A stretch of 63,867 nt of DNA from Gracilinanus agilis (Eukaryota), in the NCBI RefSeq assembly GCF_016433145.1, contig NC_058135.1:285300911-285364777 (forward strand), in the 5' to 3' direction. The translations under genes and the position numbers were made by a program. Shown here in pieces: positions 12,747 to 26,189 of the stretch. The notes under the pieces are model-generated. The model was not told the origin of the DNA, did not search any database, and worked only from the letters and a program-made list of their open reading frames with translations. Each line of letters begins with the position of its first letter. Position 1 is the stretch's first letter.

Positions 12747-14104
12747 AATATCATGGCATCCCCTGCTCTATAAACTACCATGACTCCCTATTACCTTCTA
12801 TTGTCTTTTGTGTAAATAGAATTAGCTCTAGCCCATTCATAGTCACCTCCTTTTTTAGTTCTATAAAATAATTTTTGGGTCATTTGATTGATATGGCACT
12901 AAATTAATAAATTAATTTTGGGAGAATTACCATTTTTGGATGTATTATCTCAGCCTACTCATAAGCAATTAATATTTTTCCAGGTGTTTAGTTCTGACTG
13001 TACTTATTATTTATGTGAAAAGTGTTTTCTTATTATGTTCATGTAGTTCCTGAGTTTGCCCAAGTATTTTATATTGTCTGCAGTTCTTTTAAATGGTATT
13101 TCTCTTCCTATCTCTTGTTCCTGAACTTTATTTTTAATATATGAATTGCTGATGATTTATGCACTTCAGTATATAAATGAGTTCAATGGACAACCACTTA
13201 AAATTCTCTCACCACCCCCATTCACCTGGTGGTCTAATAATATTAGAATGTCCCCAGCCCTTCTACAGGGACATAGCTTCTATGTTGTAACAATCACCTG
13301 CTTGTTGTTCAGTTGTGTCTGTGACTCCATGAACCATAGCACACGGGGCCCTTCTGTCCTCCACAATCTCTCCAAGTCTGTCCAGGCTCATGTTCCTCGT
13401 TTACTGTCTAAAAGGACTGCTTCCCCAGCTGTGTGACCCTGGGCAAGTCACTTGACCCCCACTGCCTCGCCCTGACCACTCTTCTGCCTTGGATCGAATA
13501 CACAGTATTGACTCTAAGATGGAAGGTGAGGGGTTAAAAAATAAATAAATAAAAGGACTGCTTCTCCTCTTGTAAAAGTCTCAGGCCTCTTCCCCTCTTC
13601 TCGTGGCCTTGATCAGGGAATGTTTTCTTATTCTGGTCTTCATTTTGCCTGTTGCATCCCCCTCTTTCTCCATCCCTCCCTCGGCTCCTCGGAAATGCTT
13701 TACTTATGTATCCTAAGTGGGCTCCATACTCTCAGGGGCCTGAAAAGTTCTGTTCAGGAAGCTGAATTTCCTGTTAGCCACAGAAGATTTCTACAGGGCA
13801 GCCGGGGAGTGGCTGCAGGGGACAGAAGGTTGGACTGGGAGTCATGAAGGCGATTCCTGAGTTCAGATCTGACCTGAGATGCTTCCTAGCTGTGTGACCT
13901 TGGACACATGACTCGATCCTGTTGGCCTCAGTTTCCTCATCTGTTAAATGAGCTGGAGAAGGAAATGGCAAAGCTCTGCAGTATCTCTGCCAAGAAAACC
14001 ACGAATGGGATCACAAAGAGTAGGACATGCTGAAAAAAACCGACAGAACAATAACAAAAGAGCAGATTCCCTCACTGGCTGGTTCATACCTTTCCCTTCT
14101 GTCT

Positions 14105-14197
14105 GAATCAGACAGACAGACAGAGACATGGAGAGGGGGAGGGGAGAGGGAGAGAGACAGAGACAGACAGACAGACAGAGACAGAGACAGACAGACA
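14105..14197. repeat. Compound (AGAC)n/(AG)n microsatellite upstream of the INCENP promoter
   Basis: Visible tandem repeats. Confidence 0.9.
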
Positions 14198-14429
14198 CTT
14201 AGTAAGCCTTTTCTGCTCATGGCCCCCGGTATTTATTTCTCTGCGCAGCTGTTTCGATCTTTTCCAGTAGAATGAACGGTCAGACGCGCAGTGAGGACTT
14301 AATCAAAGCTATCCGGGGGACTGAAATACGCGCTAATTTCTCCGGGGAAGCCCTAGAGATGAGGAGGCGGAGGGGAAGAGGGAGGGCACAGCCGCAGGTA
14401 TTAGTGTGGAAGGGAGAGGAGGCGCTGGG

Positions 14430-14900
14430 TGTACCTATCACGTGGGCAGCCTCTTTACAATTGCACCAGCACCCAAGACTGGGTCATCCGCAGATACAAA
14501 GAGAAAAACAAAACGGGGCCTGCCCGCCGGAAGGGGCATCGAGGGGAAGGCTTCAGACCACCTGGACTCGGGGAAGTGAATAAAAACCTAACGGTCCAAG
14601 TCAAAGAGTGGGGGGCGTGACTCGTAGCCGACACGCAGGGACTCGTAGTCTTTCTCCTACCCCTCCGAGCATTTGGACGCTCCCACACACACACCTCCCC
14701 CCACCTCCAGAAGCGCCTCTCGGACCAAAAGCGGAAGCAAGAGGTCTTTACGTTGACCGTGCCTCCGATGCTCATTGACTGACAACCATCTTGGCCAATA
14801 GGCGCTCGACTTGCCTCTAGACGCACGGCAATTGGCTAACCTCCAGGCGACGGCCCGCCTCCCCTCTCCTACGATTGGCCACGTCTTCGGTTTTGAAAAT
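14430..14900 (+). promoter_or_regulatory. INCENP promoter, G2/M cell-cycle type (3 CCAAT boxes + CHR)
   Basis: CCAAT 14795-14799, ATTGG 14831-14835 and 14874-14878, CHR TTTGAA 14892-14897, ETS-like GCGGAAG near 14730, CACGTG 14439-14444, all within a CpG island. Confidence 0.8.
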
Positions 14901-15072
14901 CGTAGCTTTCCCCCGCGCTTCATCCTCCGGGCCCGCAGCAGTAGAGAAGGTTTGGGCATCTGTGTCTGCACCGGCGGCGCCGGGGATCGCAGAGTCCGGA
15001 CCGGCCGCGCCTTCGAGCTGCAGCTGGGGGCCGCGGGACTCGAAACCGAGCGGGCCGGGCGGAACGAGCCAG
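14900..15072 (+). other. INCENP: INCENP exon 1 (non-coding 5'UTR; TSS approximate)
   Basis: CpG-rich, ATG-free segment just after the CCAAT/CHR motifs, ending at a strong donor CCAG|GTAAGG (GT at 15073-15074). Human INCENP also has a non-coding first exon. Confidence 0.8.
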
Positions 15073-18000
15073 GTAAGGAGGAAGCTGCGCCGCTCCCTCC
15101 TCCCCATCCCCCACCCCTTTCCTCGAGCGCATCCGCCAGGCGCGACTATCCTGGGGAGGCCTCCGGCCCCCCAAACCCCTCCCCGGGATGACAGTCGGAG
15201 GCCTGCAGTCTGCCCCGCCTCCTTTGTGCGCCCTCTATGTCCCCAGCTGTAAAAAGAGGGGGAGGGGGAACGAGGACTGCGCCTATTGCACGGGTGGGGA
15301 AGCTGAGGGTGGAGCTGGGGAGGGGTGGTCGAGGGTCCGTGACTTTCGCCTCTGAGGGCTCTGGAGCTTTTAAAAAGGCTGCTTGCGTCCTGCGGGTCGG
15401 GCATTTCCTTTGTGGTCCCGGGTGCTCAGCCCGATACCTGTTAAAGCACCTAGTAGGTGCTTTAACGCAGACTTGTTGACTGCCTGCTTGCCCGCTCCCC
15501 GCCAGGGCCTCTCCTCTCCTATTGGCTGCTCATTCCTGCCTCAGCCACCTGTTAGGATGATGGGAAGTCAATGATGCCAGGTGGGCTTGACCCTGAGGTG
15601 GGGGCGGCTTTCTCTACCCTAATTGTCTCCTCTTGGGGTGGATCTGGTGAAGCCTGTGGAGATGAAATCCATTCATTGAAATATACTGGATTCTCTGGAG
15701 ATACTGATCCAGGTTTAAAAAAAAACAACAAAACACAAAGTGCACAGACCTCGAGATTTAGTCAGAGACCCCCCAATCTCTTTTCTGCTTAAATTGTGAG
15801 GTGGTGTTATGAGCACTGCTGTTATGGAACTTACTGAAAACTGTTTCAGAATCCCGGGTTCATGGATTTAGGCCTGGAAGGGGCCTTAGTGATCAAGATC
15901 AGATCCCTTATTTGTAAATGAGAAAACTGAGGCACAGAGAAATTAGTGACTGGCCTCAGTCACACAGCTAGTAAACATTGTGAGATTTGAATCCAGGGCT
16001 TTCTGACCCCAGGTCCAGTGCCCTCCCTCCTCTCCACTGTGCCATGCCAAGACACTCTCCAAAGTTATTTTGTGTTCCCTGGACCTTAGAGGTCTCATCT
16101 AATCTCAGTTTCAGTGATTGATACAGGTTTATACAGCATGTTTGGGGCTGGAATTTGAACCCAGACCCTTGATTCCAGATCCAGGGACTTTTCCTCTGGG
16201 CCACACCTCAAAAGTTTCTTATTAAGGGTTTCTTTGAAGTCTACTTCTTCCCTCTCCTTTGCTTAACCCTGCCAGCAAGCCTTGGTTGTAACCCTCATTG
16301 TCCTCAATTCTTTCAATCTAGTTAGATGGCTTTTTTTTGGGTGTGAGAGGCTCAACTCATTTGGGGTATGTGCCTTTTGGCATAGTTTGTTGCAGAAGAC
16401 ACTTGGAGGAGAGGAGAAGTGATGGAGTAGTGGGAAACCTTGAGTGGAAGGAGGAAATCCCTTTGGCCTGACTTCCTGCTTCCCTTCCTTCCTCCTGGTC
16501 CAGTAGTTGGTACTCTATATGCAGAAGGTACCAAAAACCTGTCTGCAAGTTTAGGATCAGAAGGAAGAGTTCAAATATTTGCAAGCTGCCATTCTGTATG
16601 GATGGAATATTCAAAACCCATCCATCATCATCCTTGCTTTTGTTGAATGCCTACTATGGACCCTGTACTGGGAGGAAGATAAAGGCATAATAATAAAGAT
16701 AAGGCATCGCCCTGGTTACTCCAGGACTTAAGGTAACCAAGAACACAGACTTCTTTATAATGGTTCAGAAGCAAGATTAGTTTATCAATTAGTTTAGGAT
16801 CTTTTAGGACGATGTTTTGCCTATCATCAGGCTGATTGGATTTGGGGGAGGGGAGGGTAGAGGGAGCAAAGCCTTTCAATGTGGATGAACTTGTTAATTA
16901 AAGCCAAGTGAAAGACTTTGGAGAAGGAGGATCTTGCTCCAATGACTCATTTTTTCCCAACCATTATTTTTTACAAAAATCTTTGTTTTATTCACTTTTT
17001 TTTGCACGATGTTAATTTCTTAGTACTGTTCACACTTCCTCCTCCAAAGCTTCAACTCTGAAATCTGATATGTTAAGGGAAAAAGTTAAACAAACCAGAC
17101 TGACATCAAGTGGAACTACAGCAATGCAACAGCCCACACTTAGAAACCAATGCCTCTTCCTATGAGAAAGACACTGTCATATCTTTGTTGTAGCCCAGAT
17201 TGGGCATGGCATGTAACTGGAATTGTGAAGTCTTTTAAGTATTGTAGTGGCCCACGGCACTGGGCTCACTCAATGAATATGTCTACTTCTCTCCCTCTCC
17301 TCCCCCCTGGGCTTTGGGTCCCCTTTTTCCTTTCCCCCACCTAGAGGTTGGTTGTATCTTTCTCTTAATACCATGAAATCAAACCTCCATGCCAGTATTT
17401 CCTCCCACTGTTAACATCTCTGGGACATTGATTGCATGGTTGTCTGTAGGGATAGGGATTAGACCTTTGAGTTCCTTAATTGGTATGGGAAACTTCTGGA
17501 TGAGGCCCCTCCCTTTTGCTATAATCATCTCTGAGTTCTGAGAGAGTTACCCAGAGCAATGAATAGTGACTAGCCCAGAGTTACACAGCCAGAATGTGTG
17601 AGAGTTTAGACTCTACCTGGTCATCTGTCCAGATTCTGAGATCAACCCTTCCCCACCAGGACACATTGCCTGTTCTCTAGAGCTGCTGATTTTAAGGAAT
17701 TTAATAAGAAATTTCCCAGACATTTTTTTCTACTTCAAAGATCTCCTGACCAACTTTCTCAAAGGCACCATTACTTTTACCTTGCCTAGTCTTAGAATGT
17801 ACATTTCATTTCAATCCATTTGGGAACTGAAGGAAAAACATTTGGGCTTGTGGGGCAGTATTCAGAATAGAGGGCTTTGAAGAAAAAGAAATGAGGATCT
17901 GAGCTTTAAGACAGGAAAGGATGATTAGAAGGGATCTATTCCCCCCCTATTTTACATTAGAGGAAATTTTGAAGCCCAGGGATAGGGAAATGACTTGCCT

Positions 18001-19679
18001 GAGGTCTCATAGGCAGTAAGTAGCAGAACAAGCCATATTCAATGCCTCTGTCCTCCAAGTCCTGGGCCAGCACTTTTGTCACTTGCAGTCCATTCATGGT
18101 GCACCCAACATGTTCAATTGAGCACATCTTTCTCTCCCTAGTCTCTAATAATCTTTCTCTAACCAACTACCATGGAATTCTGGAACCCTAACAGTCTACT
18201 TGACTCCTAAAGGGACAGTTGGCTTTGAAAGTTCCTTGTTTTGGCTTAAGTGGCCACGAAATGGCCAAAAAATGGGGCCTGGGAGTCAGAGGTATAATGA
18301 GGTATCCCTCATGTGGCCGAAGACCCATTGGTATGCATGAGTGGGACAGGGACATTCTTGGGTCTGGGGTGAGTGGGAGCATCTGTTGTCATGATTGTAT
18401 GGGATCCTTGGGGGATGCCAAGTCCAAATCAACTTGGACAGCCTACTTATCTTAGGGGCCAGAAGAGGAGCAGTTTGAGAGGAGATTCCAAAGACTGAAA
18501 GGAATCTCTGCTTCCCTAAATCTCCCTCAAGGGCTTGGCCTGGTTCCTTACACTCTTGTTTGAATCACAATGACTTGTGCATACTTGTGCCAGAACTCCC
18601 CAGTTAGACCATGAACTCTGGGAAGGCCATGATTTTGCAATTTTGTTTCTTTTTACTTCTAGACCTCGTACATAGTAGGTCCTTGGTTATTTAATACTGG
18701 CACTGTGTCAGCTTTGCTGGGGCATCTGATACTGAACTGGCCCCACTTGGTGGCACTCAGTTGGGGAGACTTTGGGTTCCATGTTGGTGCTATCTCCCCT
18801 TAGGGGACCCAGTGCTGTATTTCCTTAGTTGATGGCACAGTAGATAGAGCTTTGGGCCTAGAGTCAGGAAAACGTGAGTTCAAATCTGGTCTTAAGACAC
18901 TTACTAACTGTGTCACCCTACACCAGTCACTGAACCTCTGTCTGCCTCAGTTTCCTTAGTTATAAAATGGGGATAATAATAGTACACCTCCCTCCCAGAA
19001 TTCTGAGAATCAAATGAGAGAATATACATAAAGCATCCNNNNNNNNNNNNNNNNNNNNNNNNNNNNNNNNNNNNNNNNNNNNNNNNNNNNNNNNNNNNNN
19101 NNNNNNNNNNNNNNNNNNNNNNNNNNNNNNNNNNNNNNNNNNNNNNNNNNNNNNNNNNNNNNNNNNNNNNNNNNNNNTGAGATTTCAAATACCCTTTCCA
19201 GCCAAGGGTTTTGTTCTCTGTTGGCCATGGGTTGGGTTTGTGGGGCTAGTAGCTGGCTGTTAGCAGCTCTACACTCCCCAGTTTATGCCTGGTTGCCCTG
19301 TTACCTTTTGGAATTAAGGGCTCTTTACTGCTGAGACCTGATGACCTCAAGTCAGGGCCTGTATTGGCATGAGTCATCAGACAGGAATCTTTGCTGCTTT
19401 TTCTGCCTTTGCCCTAGATCCTCCCATTGAGTTGCTACATGTTAGCTGCCCTATCCCTCTCTGGACCTCAGTTTCTTTCTGTGGGGTACAGGCTGGACAA
19501 TGGCCTACCTCCTTTCTAGCTCTAAATCTTGAGGGTTGAATTGAATAGAATTAATTTCCAAGAGAGGCAGTTGATTAGAATATTGGGGGCAAGTCACTTA
19601 ATTCCCATTTCCTAGCTCTTACTGCTCTTCTGCCTTAGAATGGAAGGTAAAAGTTTAACAAAAAAAACCAAAACTGGAT

Positions 19680-20550
19680 AAACTTACAAAAAATAAACAA
19701 GAAAAAAGTAAAGGAAGTAAGTAAAATTTTAGAAAAGTTAGATTTAATGGCTCTCTGGAGAAAATTGAATGGGGATAAAAAGGAATATACCTTTTCTGCA
19801 GTACATGGCACATACACAAAAATTGACCATGTACTAAGGCATAAAAACTTTATAACCAAATGCAGAAAAGCAGAAATAATTCATCCTTTTCAGATCATAG
19901 TGCAATAAAAAGTATAACCAGTTAAGGGGCTTGTGAAAAGACTAATTAAAATTTAATTGGAAATTAAATAATCTAATTATTCAAAAGAGGTGGGGTCAAA
20001 GAACAAAATATAGAAATCATTGAATGACAATGAGGAGACAACATATCAAAATTTATGGGATATAGCAAAAGTAGTACTTAAGGGAAAATGTATATCTCTG
20101 AATGCTTATATCAATAAAATAGAGAAAAAGCAGATCAATGAATTGGGCTTGCAACTAAAAAAACTAGAAAAAGAACAAATTAAAAATCCTTAATAACTAA
20201 ATTGGGAAAGCCTAAAAATCAAAGGTGAAATTAGTAAAATTGAAAGTAAAATTGAAAGTAAGAGAACTCTTGAACTAATAATAAGACTAGGAATTGGTCT
20301 TAAGAAAAACAAACTAGAGCATTGGTTAATTTGATTTTAAAAAAGAAAGAAAATCAAATTACCAGTATCAAAAATGAAGAAGGGTGAATTCACCTCCAGT
20401 GAAGAGGAAATTAAAGCAATCATTGGGAGCTGTTTTGCTCATTAAATGATAATAAATCTATCTAGGTGAAATGGATGAATATTTACAAAAATCTAAATTG
20501 TCCAGATTAATGAAAGAGGAAATAGAATGCTTAGATAATTCCATCTCAGA
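19680..20550 (+). mobile_element. L1 fragment (ORF2 endonuclease region, degraded)
   Basis: A-rich L1 ORF2-like sequence (e.g. HGTYTKIDHVL-like codons). Confidence 0.85.
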
Positions 20551-20926
20551 AATATTCAGCCTTTCTGAGATCTCTGGTCTGTGGAAGACCATGTGGCCTG
20601 GGCCAAGGAGCAGACCCGGGTCTCTAAATGGAAAAAGAAATTCACTGATGGGTTGAGCCTTGACATCAGCATGCACACAGAGCAGGATATCATAATTGCT
20701 GCTGAGGTGAATGCCAGGAATTCTTAGCATCCCAATATGCTGCCAATGGGTAGTGGGTCCAGGGTGGAAGTCTAGGTGTGGCCTTTGAGACTGGGCCTGG
20801 GTCCCCTTCCCCTCTGCAACCAGCCTAGATTGTTTTCCTCTGCAGGTGACCTGGGTCTAAGATTCTGAACATTCTAATTGTGTTTCTTCTTGCCTCCCTT
20901 TCTCCTCTGCTCTTACAGGTGGAACC

Positions 20927-21063
20927 ATGGTGACCATGACAGGGTCTGCCAACATCTTGGAGGTATGCAGCAACAAACTGAGGGAGTTTATGTGCAATGT
21001 GGACAACAAGGACATGGTGTGGCTGCAGGAGATCAAGGAGGAGGCCATAAAGATGTTCTCTAG
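20927..21063 (+). CDS. INCENP: INCENP coding exon 2 (exon starts 20919): MVTMTGSANILEVCSNKLREFMCNVDNKDMVWLQEIKEEAIKMFS, CEN-box
   Basis: Acceptor ttacag, Kozak ACCATGG, donor AG|GTAAAT. Matches the human N-terminus (LCNMDNKDLVWLEEIQEEA). Confidence 0.98.
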
Positions 21064-23795
21064 GTAAATTTGGGGATGAGGGGAGCCCACATGTGATCAG
21101 CAGCAAAAGTGGGGGACACTGGGCTCTTCTTTGCTAGCCTTGGCATTCAGAAACTTAAATCCAACCATGAAATGAATGAGCAACAGTAAAAACTAACATT
21201 TAAATAGGGGGAAACAGAGAAAACCTTGTTCCTCAGCAAGGTGGAACCAAGAAATAGCAAACAAACAAAGAAAAGCTTGTTTGTCTGGTTCCTTGCCCTG
21301 CTTACCCGAAGTGCTGCCAACTTGGAGAGGGGGGCACAGTTCTACTTCCCCTTCTCTTTCCTATCTTCCTTCTTTCCTTCCCTCCTTCCCCCTGGAATCT
21401 GGGAGCCGTGAGTTCAGGTTATGCTTCTTACATTCCCTGACTGAGTGTCCCTGAATTAAGTCATTTAACTTCTCATTAGGCCCAGGTATCTATCACTCCT
21501 GAGCCTGGAGCTACTAAGTTGAAGAAGAATTTCTTCACTTGGTGGTGGGTCCACCTGCAGATGACTGGTTCTGCCACGGTCACTCAACTATCACCCTAAA
21601 TCCATTTCTCCCTGTTTCCTCCAGATCTGCCATCCTTGGCCTTCACTGTGCTAGTGTACCATAAGGGAGTCTATCCTCCAGGCTGAAAATTCCTGGGCTG
21701 TTTCCATATTCTCAGGCATAGCTTTGTAAGCACCTGGGCCTTTCCCAGTCATACCACAGGAGCCTCAGGTCTGCAAGTGCCCCTTGAACTCAATATAGTT
21801 CAGGGGGCCAGTGGCCAGGTTGGTGGCAATGAACTAGCCCATAACTGGTTAGGACCAGTTCCTGTTCAGGCCACCAGTTAGTCAGTGGGCACAGGCCACA
21901 TAGTACCCACAGAGCACGGTCTGGGCCTAATGGGGTGACTATAGGGCAGTGGCAGGACTCTTGAGATTTGAGGACCTTTGTGTAAATCTTGACTGACCAA
22001 CTGTGAGACCTTGGGCAGCAGCAGTATAAAGTGAGGGGGTCCCTAAAGTTACTATCATCTCTAAAGCCCTTGATCCTAATTTAAGTGTAAGACATGCTCT
22101 TTACCCTCAAGGAGCTTCTAGTTTAATGGACAATATAACACCCAGAAAAAAGAAACTGTAAAGCCCTTCCTTCCTTCCCTCCCCCTTCTGCTAGGAATGA
22201 CCTTTCTCTTTTTCTCTTCCTTCTCCTGGCTCAGAACCCTACCAACTAAGCTTGCCCCTTTTCATTCTGACCCAGGGACCCCTCTGAACAAAACCTGATG
22301 ATGGGGGAGGGTGGAGGAGGAGATCGGTTCTGACTCTCTACTGCTCATTAGCAGCACTGAGAAGGAAGGCGGGGGGAGGGAAAATCAGGGCATTTCCTGG
22401 TCATACAGACCCTTTGGAGGCCAACCAAGAATCCTTCCTATGGATTTTGGATTTGGAAACCTCCAAAGGAACCAGGAGCTTCTGGAAGCCAAGCTAGAGG
22501 GTCCCTCGCTCTCCTTTTGCTTTCGAACATTTTGGTCAAGAAATCTTCCTTATACTGAGATGCCTTCTGGAAGCTTCTGTCTCTTGGCATTGTTCTGTGG
22601 TCTGGGCCCTTGGAAGGCTCCACTGTTTATGGGTCATGGCTCTGGACCTTTTGTCTCCTTGGTCTTTTCCCAGCTGTGCCTGGAATTGAATAATCTTCCA
22701 AGTCATAATTCAACTAGGATGTATTTGTAAAATTTGAACTCTGTGCCAGGCATTGTACAATGTACAGAGAAGGAGACGCTCTTCTCTGTGGGGATGTTCT
22801 TGTGTTTTGAAGGCTAAGGACTTCCCTGGTTCTGGACACTGCCTTCATAGAACCCATTAGCTTCAGAAACTGGCTTCCCTGGAGCACATTGGATTCACTG
22901 AATTTGCAGGCCACTCGGTCCCCCAGGGTTCTTCCCTAGGCCCTTCAGCCTCAGCCTTCCTTGTCCTTAGGTTACTTCTTGTCCCTCAGAATACTGGGTG
23001 AGGCTCATGGGATTCATAGCTCTGGGGCTGCAAGGGATGTCTAAGGCCCTCTAGGCTGATCCCCTCATTCTGCAGATGAGGGCACTCCAGTTGTCAGCAT
23101 CCAAGGTGGAATTTGAACCTAGGGCCTCTGCCTTCCTTGAATCCTAATGCTGCTGCCAGGACCCCTCAGATCCCTGCTCTCTCTAGAGAGGTGATTATTC
23201 TATTAGGTTTTGTTATCTTGGTACCTAATACAGTTCAAATGGCACAGACCTCTCTGGTCCGGCTTAGGCACAGTCCCCAGCCAGCTGTGCTCGAGCTGGA
23301 TTATCCAGAGGGGTAAAGTATTTAAGAGCTTTCTGACTCCTGTGCCAACATCCAAGGCCACTTGGCTGCCCTATGTGTGACTGCATCTGTGGAAGAATGT
23401 GCCCTGAGAACCAAAAAACAGATTTTGAGACTCCAGACTATTGGCGGCTTGGGCTGGAGATGGGAGAGCTTGGGCAGATCAGGCAACCTTTGGGCCTCAG
23501 AAGATGTTGGATTTGACCATAGAAGGATCTTCAAGATCGGGTCCAGGCCAGCATTCTCTGGATGCTGTAAAGCTAAAGAGTTGGGCCAGGCAGAACACCT
23601 GATAAGTCTGAGCCTAAGAGAGGGAGAGGGGAAGGAGGAGACCCAGCAACCCATTTGGTCCCATTTCTTCTGAGCAGGGAAGCCCAAGGTGGATCTTCCA
23701 GGCTGCACAGGTTATTGTTGGATTGGTGACTAGCCTACCTCCTTGGTGCTCGACAGAGCAATCTCAACTCTTTCTTTCTCTGCTTTGCCCCTCAG

Positions 23796-23909
23796 TGATT
23801 TCAGTGTGGAACCTGAGCTGATGCCCAAAACTCCATCTCAGAGGAACCGCCAGAAGAAGAAACGGTTTTCCTCCATTCAGGATGAGAATAGGCCTCCAAC
23901 CAGGAAAAG
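23796..23909 (+). CDS. INCENP: INCENP exon 3: [37 protein letters not shown]
   Basis: AG/GT flanks, phase 2-2. Contains [10 protein letters not shown], the CDK1 site equivalent to human T59. Confidence 0.98.
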
Positions 23910-24527
23910 GTAAATGGATGGCAGACCAGAGCCAGGGCCAGGTGGGCCAGGTAGAGATAGAGGTCTCTGGTCCAGCAGAGAGGTCTGGGTTTGGGGTTGG
24001 AGATTCCCAGCCATGACCCCTGGGCAAGTAGTGTAGCAATCCAGGCCTCTGGGTTCCTCATCTGTAAAAAGACAAGGAGAGCTTGAAGGCCTCTCAGGGC
24101 ATCCCTCCATTAAGACAACTGCCCTGGGGCTCAAGAATGTTTCCCCTGTGCTTGGTACCTTGGGAAATGAGGAGGAAACCTGAACAAGAAAAAAGTGGAG
24201 GGCTGGCAGGATGGGTGTAGACCCCAAGAACCCAGGAGGGCCTAGGGCCATACGTTTGGAGCTCATCAAGTCCAAGCCTCACCTTTTTATATATGAGGAA
24301 ACTGAGGCAAACAGGTGCAGTGACTTGCCCAAGGTCATCTAACTAGTAAGCCTTCCTGAGTCCAGGCCTGGTGCTGTTTCTTCTGTGAATTCCTAGAGGG
24401 CAGGGAACAGATTTTTGCCCTAGCCTGCATAGGGTTTAGCACAGTGCCTGGCACATAGCCAGGGCTTAAAAATACTTATAGTCCCACAAGACAGCCCCTA
24501 CCTGAGGCTGTGGCCTGTCTCTCGTAG

Positions 24528-25297
24528 GTTGTCCCGACGGGCGAGTCGAAGGAACAGTCGATACAACTCGCGGCTACTCCGGAGTAAAGACAAGTTGGAG
24601 AAGCTGGTCCTGGTGGTGGCCGAGAATGGCTCCATCCCGCCCCGTGGGATCCGGACCCCAGCAGCAGCTGCCACCTCACTTCCTGAGTCCCCCACTATGC
24701 TCACCAAAAAGCCCCCTAGCCTGCCACCAGTGGCTGGGCGCATGCCCTTCGTGGAGATCAGCGTCAGCGAACAGCAGAGTGCCGAGAAGTGTCTGCGGGT
24801 CAGCAAGACCAGGATGGCCGACCAGAAGCCCTCCTTTGTGATCAACCTTGACTCTGAGGATGAGGGGACACCAGAGAAGCTTGCCAAGAACTTGCCTGAG
24901 CCAGTGTCGAACAAGGTTCCCCAGGCCAAGGCAGAGGGGCCCACTCGCTCTGTGGCCAAACTCCGCATTGCCCGTCCAGCATCTCTTGAGGACGTGTCCC
25001 CCATGAAGACTGAGACCACAGAACTAGATGGAGCGCCCTCTTCTCCAGGAACACAGCCCGAGCCAGGGGGCAATCTGCTCTCAGGCTTGCCAGAGAGCCC
25101 TCGGACCCCAACAGGCTCCCGCTGTGACCGACGCTCCGTGCGAAGGAGCCTTGTGCGCAAATCCTCCAAGGCCCACAGGGTCTCCTTACTCCATAAGTAC
25201 TCCATGGTTCCTAAGAGGATTAGCTCTTCTCGAAGGTCCTCCAGGAAAGTGGCTCAGGAAGTGGCTCAGGAGCCAGCAGCCACTGGCCGCATCATCT
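24528..25297 (+). CDS. INCENP: INCENP exon 4 (770 nt; disordered region, HP1-binding PFVEI motif, ends GRIIC)
   Basis: Open frame between cgtag and T|GTAAGT. Motifs LSRR, ENGS, ESPTMLTKKP, TPTGSR and GRIIC match human. Confidence 0.97.
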
Positions 25298-26189
25298 GTA
25301 AGTTGTTGGGCATTCCCTGCACCCACACTTGGTCTCTGCTCTCTTCAGTCCCCAGGCTTAGATGGAGGCGATCCTGTGGGGGGGTGTTGTACTGGAAGGG
25401 AATTCTAGGATTGAGGAAGGGTTCCTGGAAGGGGGAAGAGAAGGAGCGAGGCCCCTTGCCATTCCTTATTCTTGGGGGGTTGTCTGAGCTGGCCCCTTGA
25501 TGTGACAGATAATGAAAGTTTCTGGGAAGAAAGGTGAATGGCCTTCAGGAGTGTCCAAGAAGGGACCAGAGCTGGGTCTGTGACCTCTGGCTCCTGGTCT
25601 CTGCCCTAGTCCATGTTGCCTTTTATAGGCTGGGCCAACAGAGAATGTGCCCCCATCCCCCCACCCCCAAAGAGTCTCCAAACTGCAAAGTTTTTGTGCT
25701 GGGCCTGGCAGCCCATCTTTCTTGGGATCCAAGGAGCCTGATTCAGACCTGAGGAGCTTGTCATTAGCTTGGTAGGGTGGTGGATGGAGCCTTGACCGGG
25801 AAGGAAGTCAGCTCAGAGTTTGAGTCCTGACTTGAATACTCATCAGCTGGGTGACCTTTCTTGGCTTTGGTTTCCCCATCTGTGAAATGAGAATAATATA
25901 GTACTGTCCTTCCCCACCCCCCAGCCAGGGTCATGAGAATCCAGAGAGAATCCTGGATGGAAGAGCTCTTCATAAGCCTTAGAAAAGCTACAGAAATGCT
26001 GGGTATTTTTAGGGGCCAGGCTGGGACCTGTGATGTCCCTGGCCTGGAGAACTACAAGGCAAGGAAAGGCTTCTCTAGTGCCGGTCAGGTCGGTGCCTCT
26101 TGGGTGGTGTCTGGTCTTCAGGAGTTGCCTGAGGTCATGGATGTGCCCTTTGGGAGGCTGAGGAAAAATCCTTGCTCCTAACTATTTGT

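Noticed and set aside
16628-16879. 83-aa - strand ORF in intron 1
   Set aside because: No recognisable homology, splice support or retrocopy hallmarks.
24498-25205. 235-aa - strand ORF
   Set aside because: Antisense shadow of INCENP exon 4.
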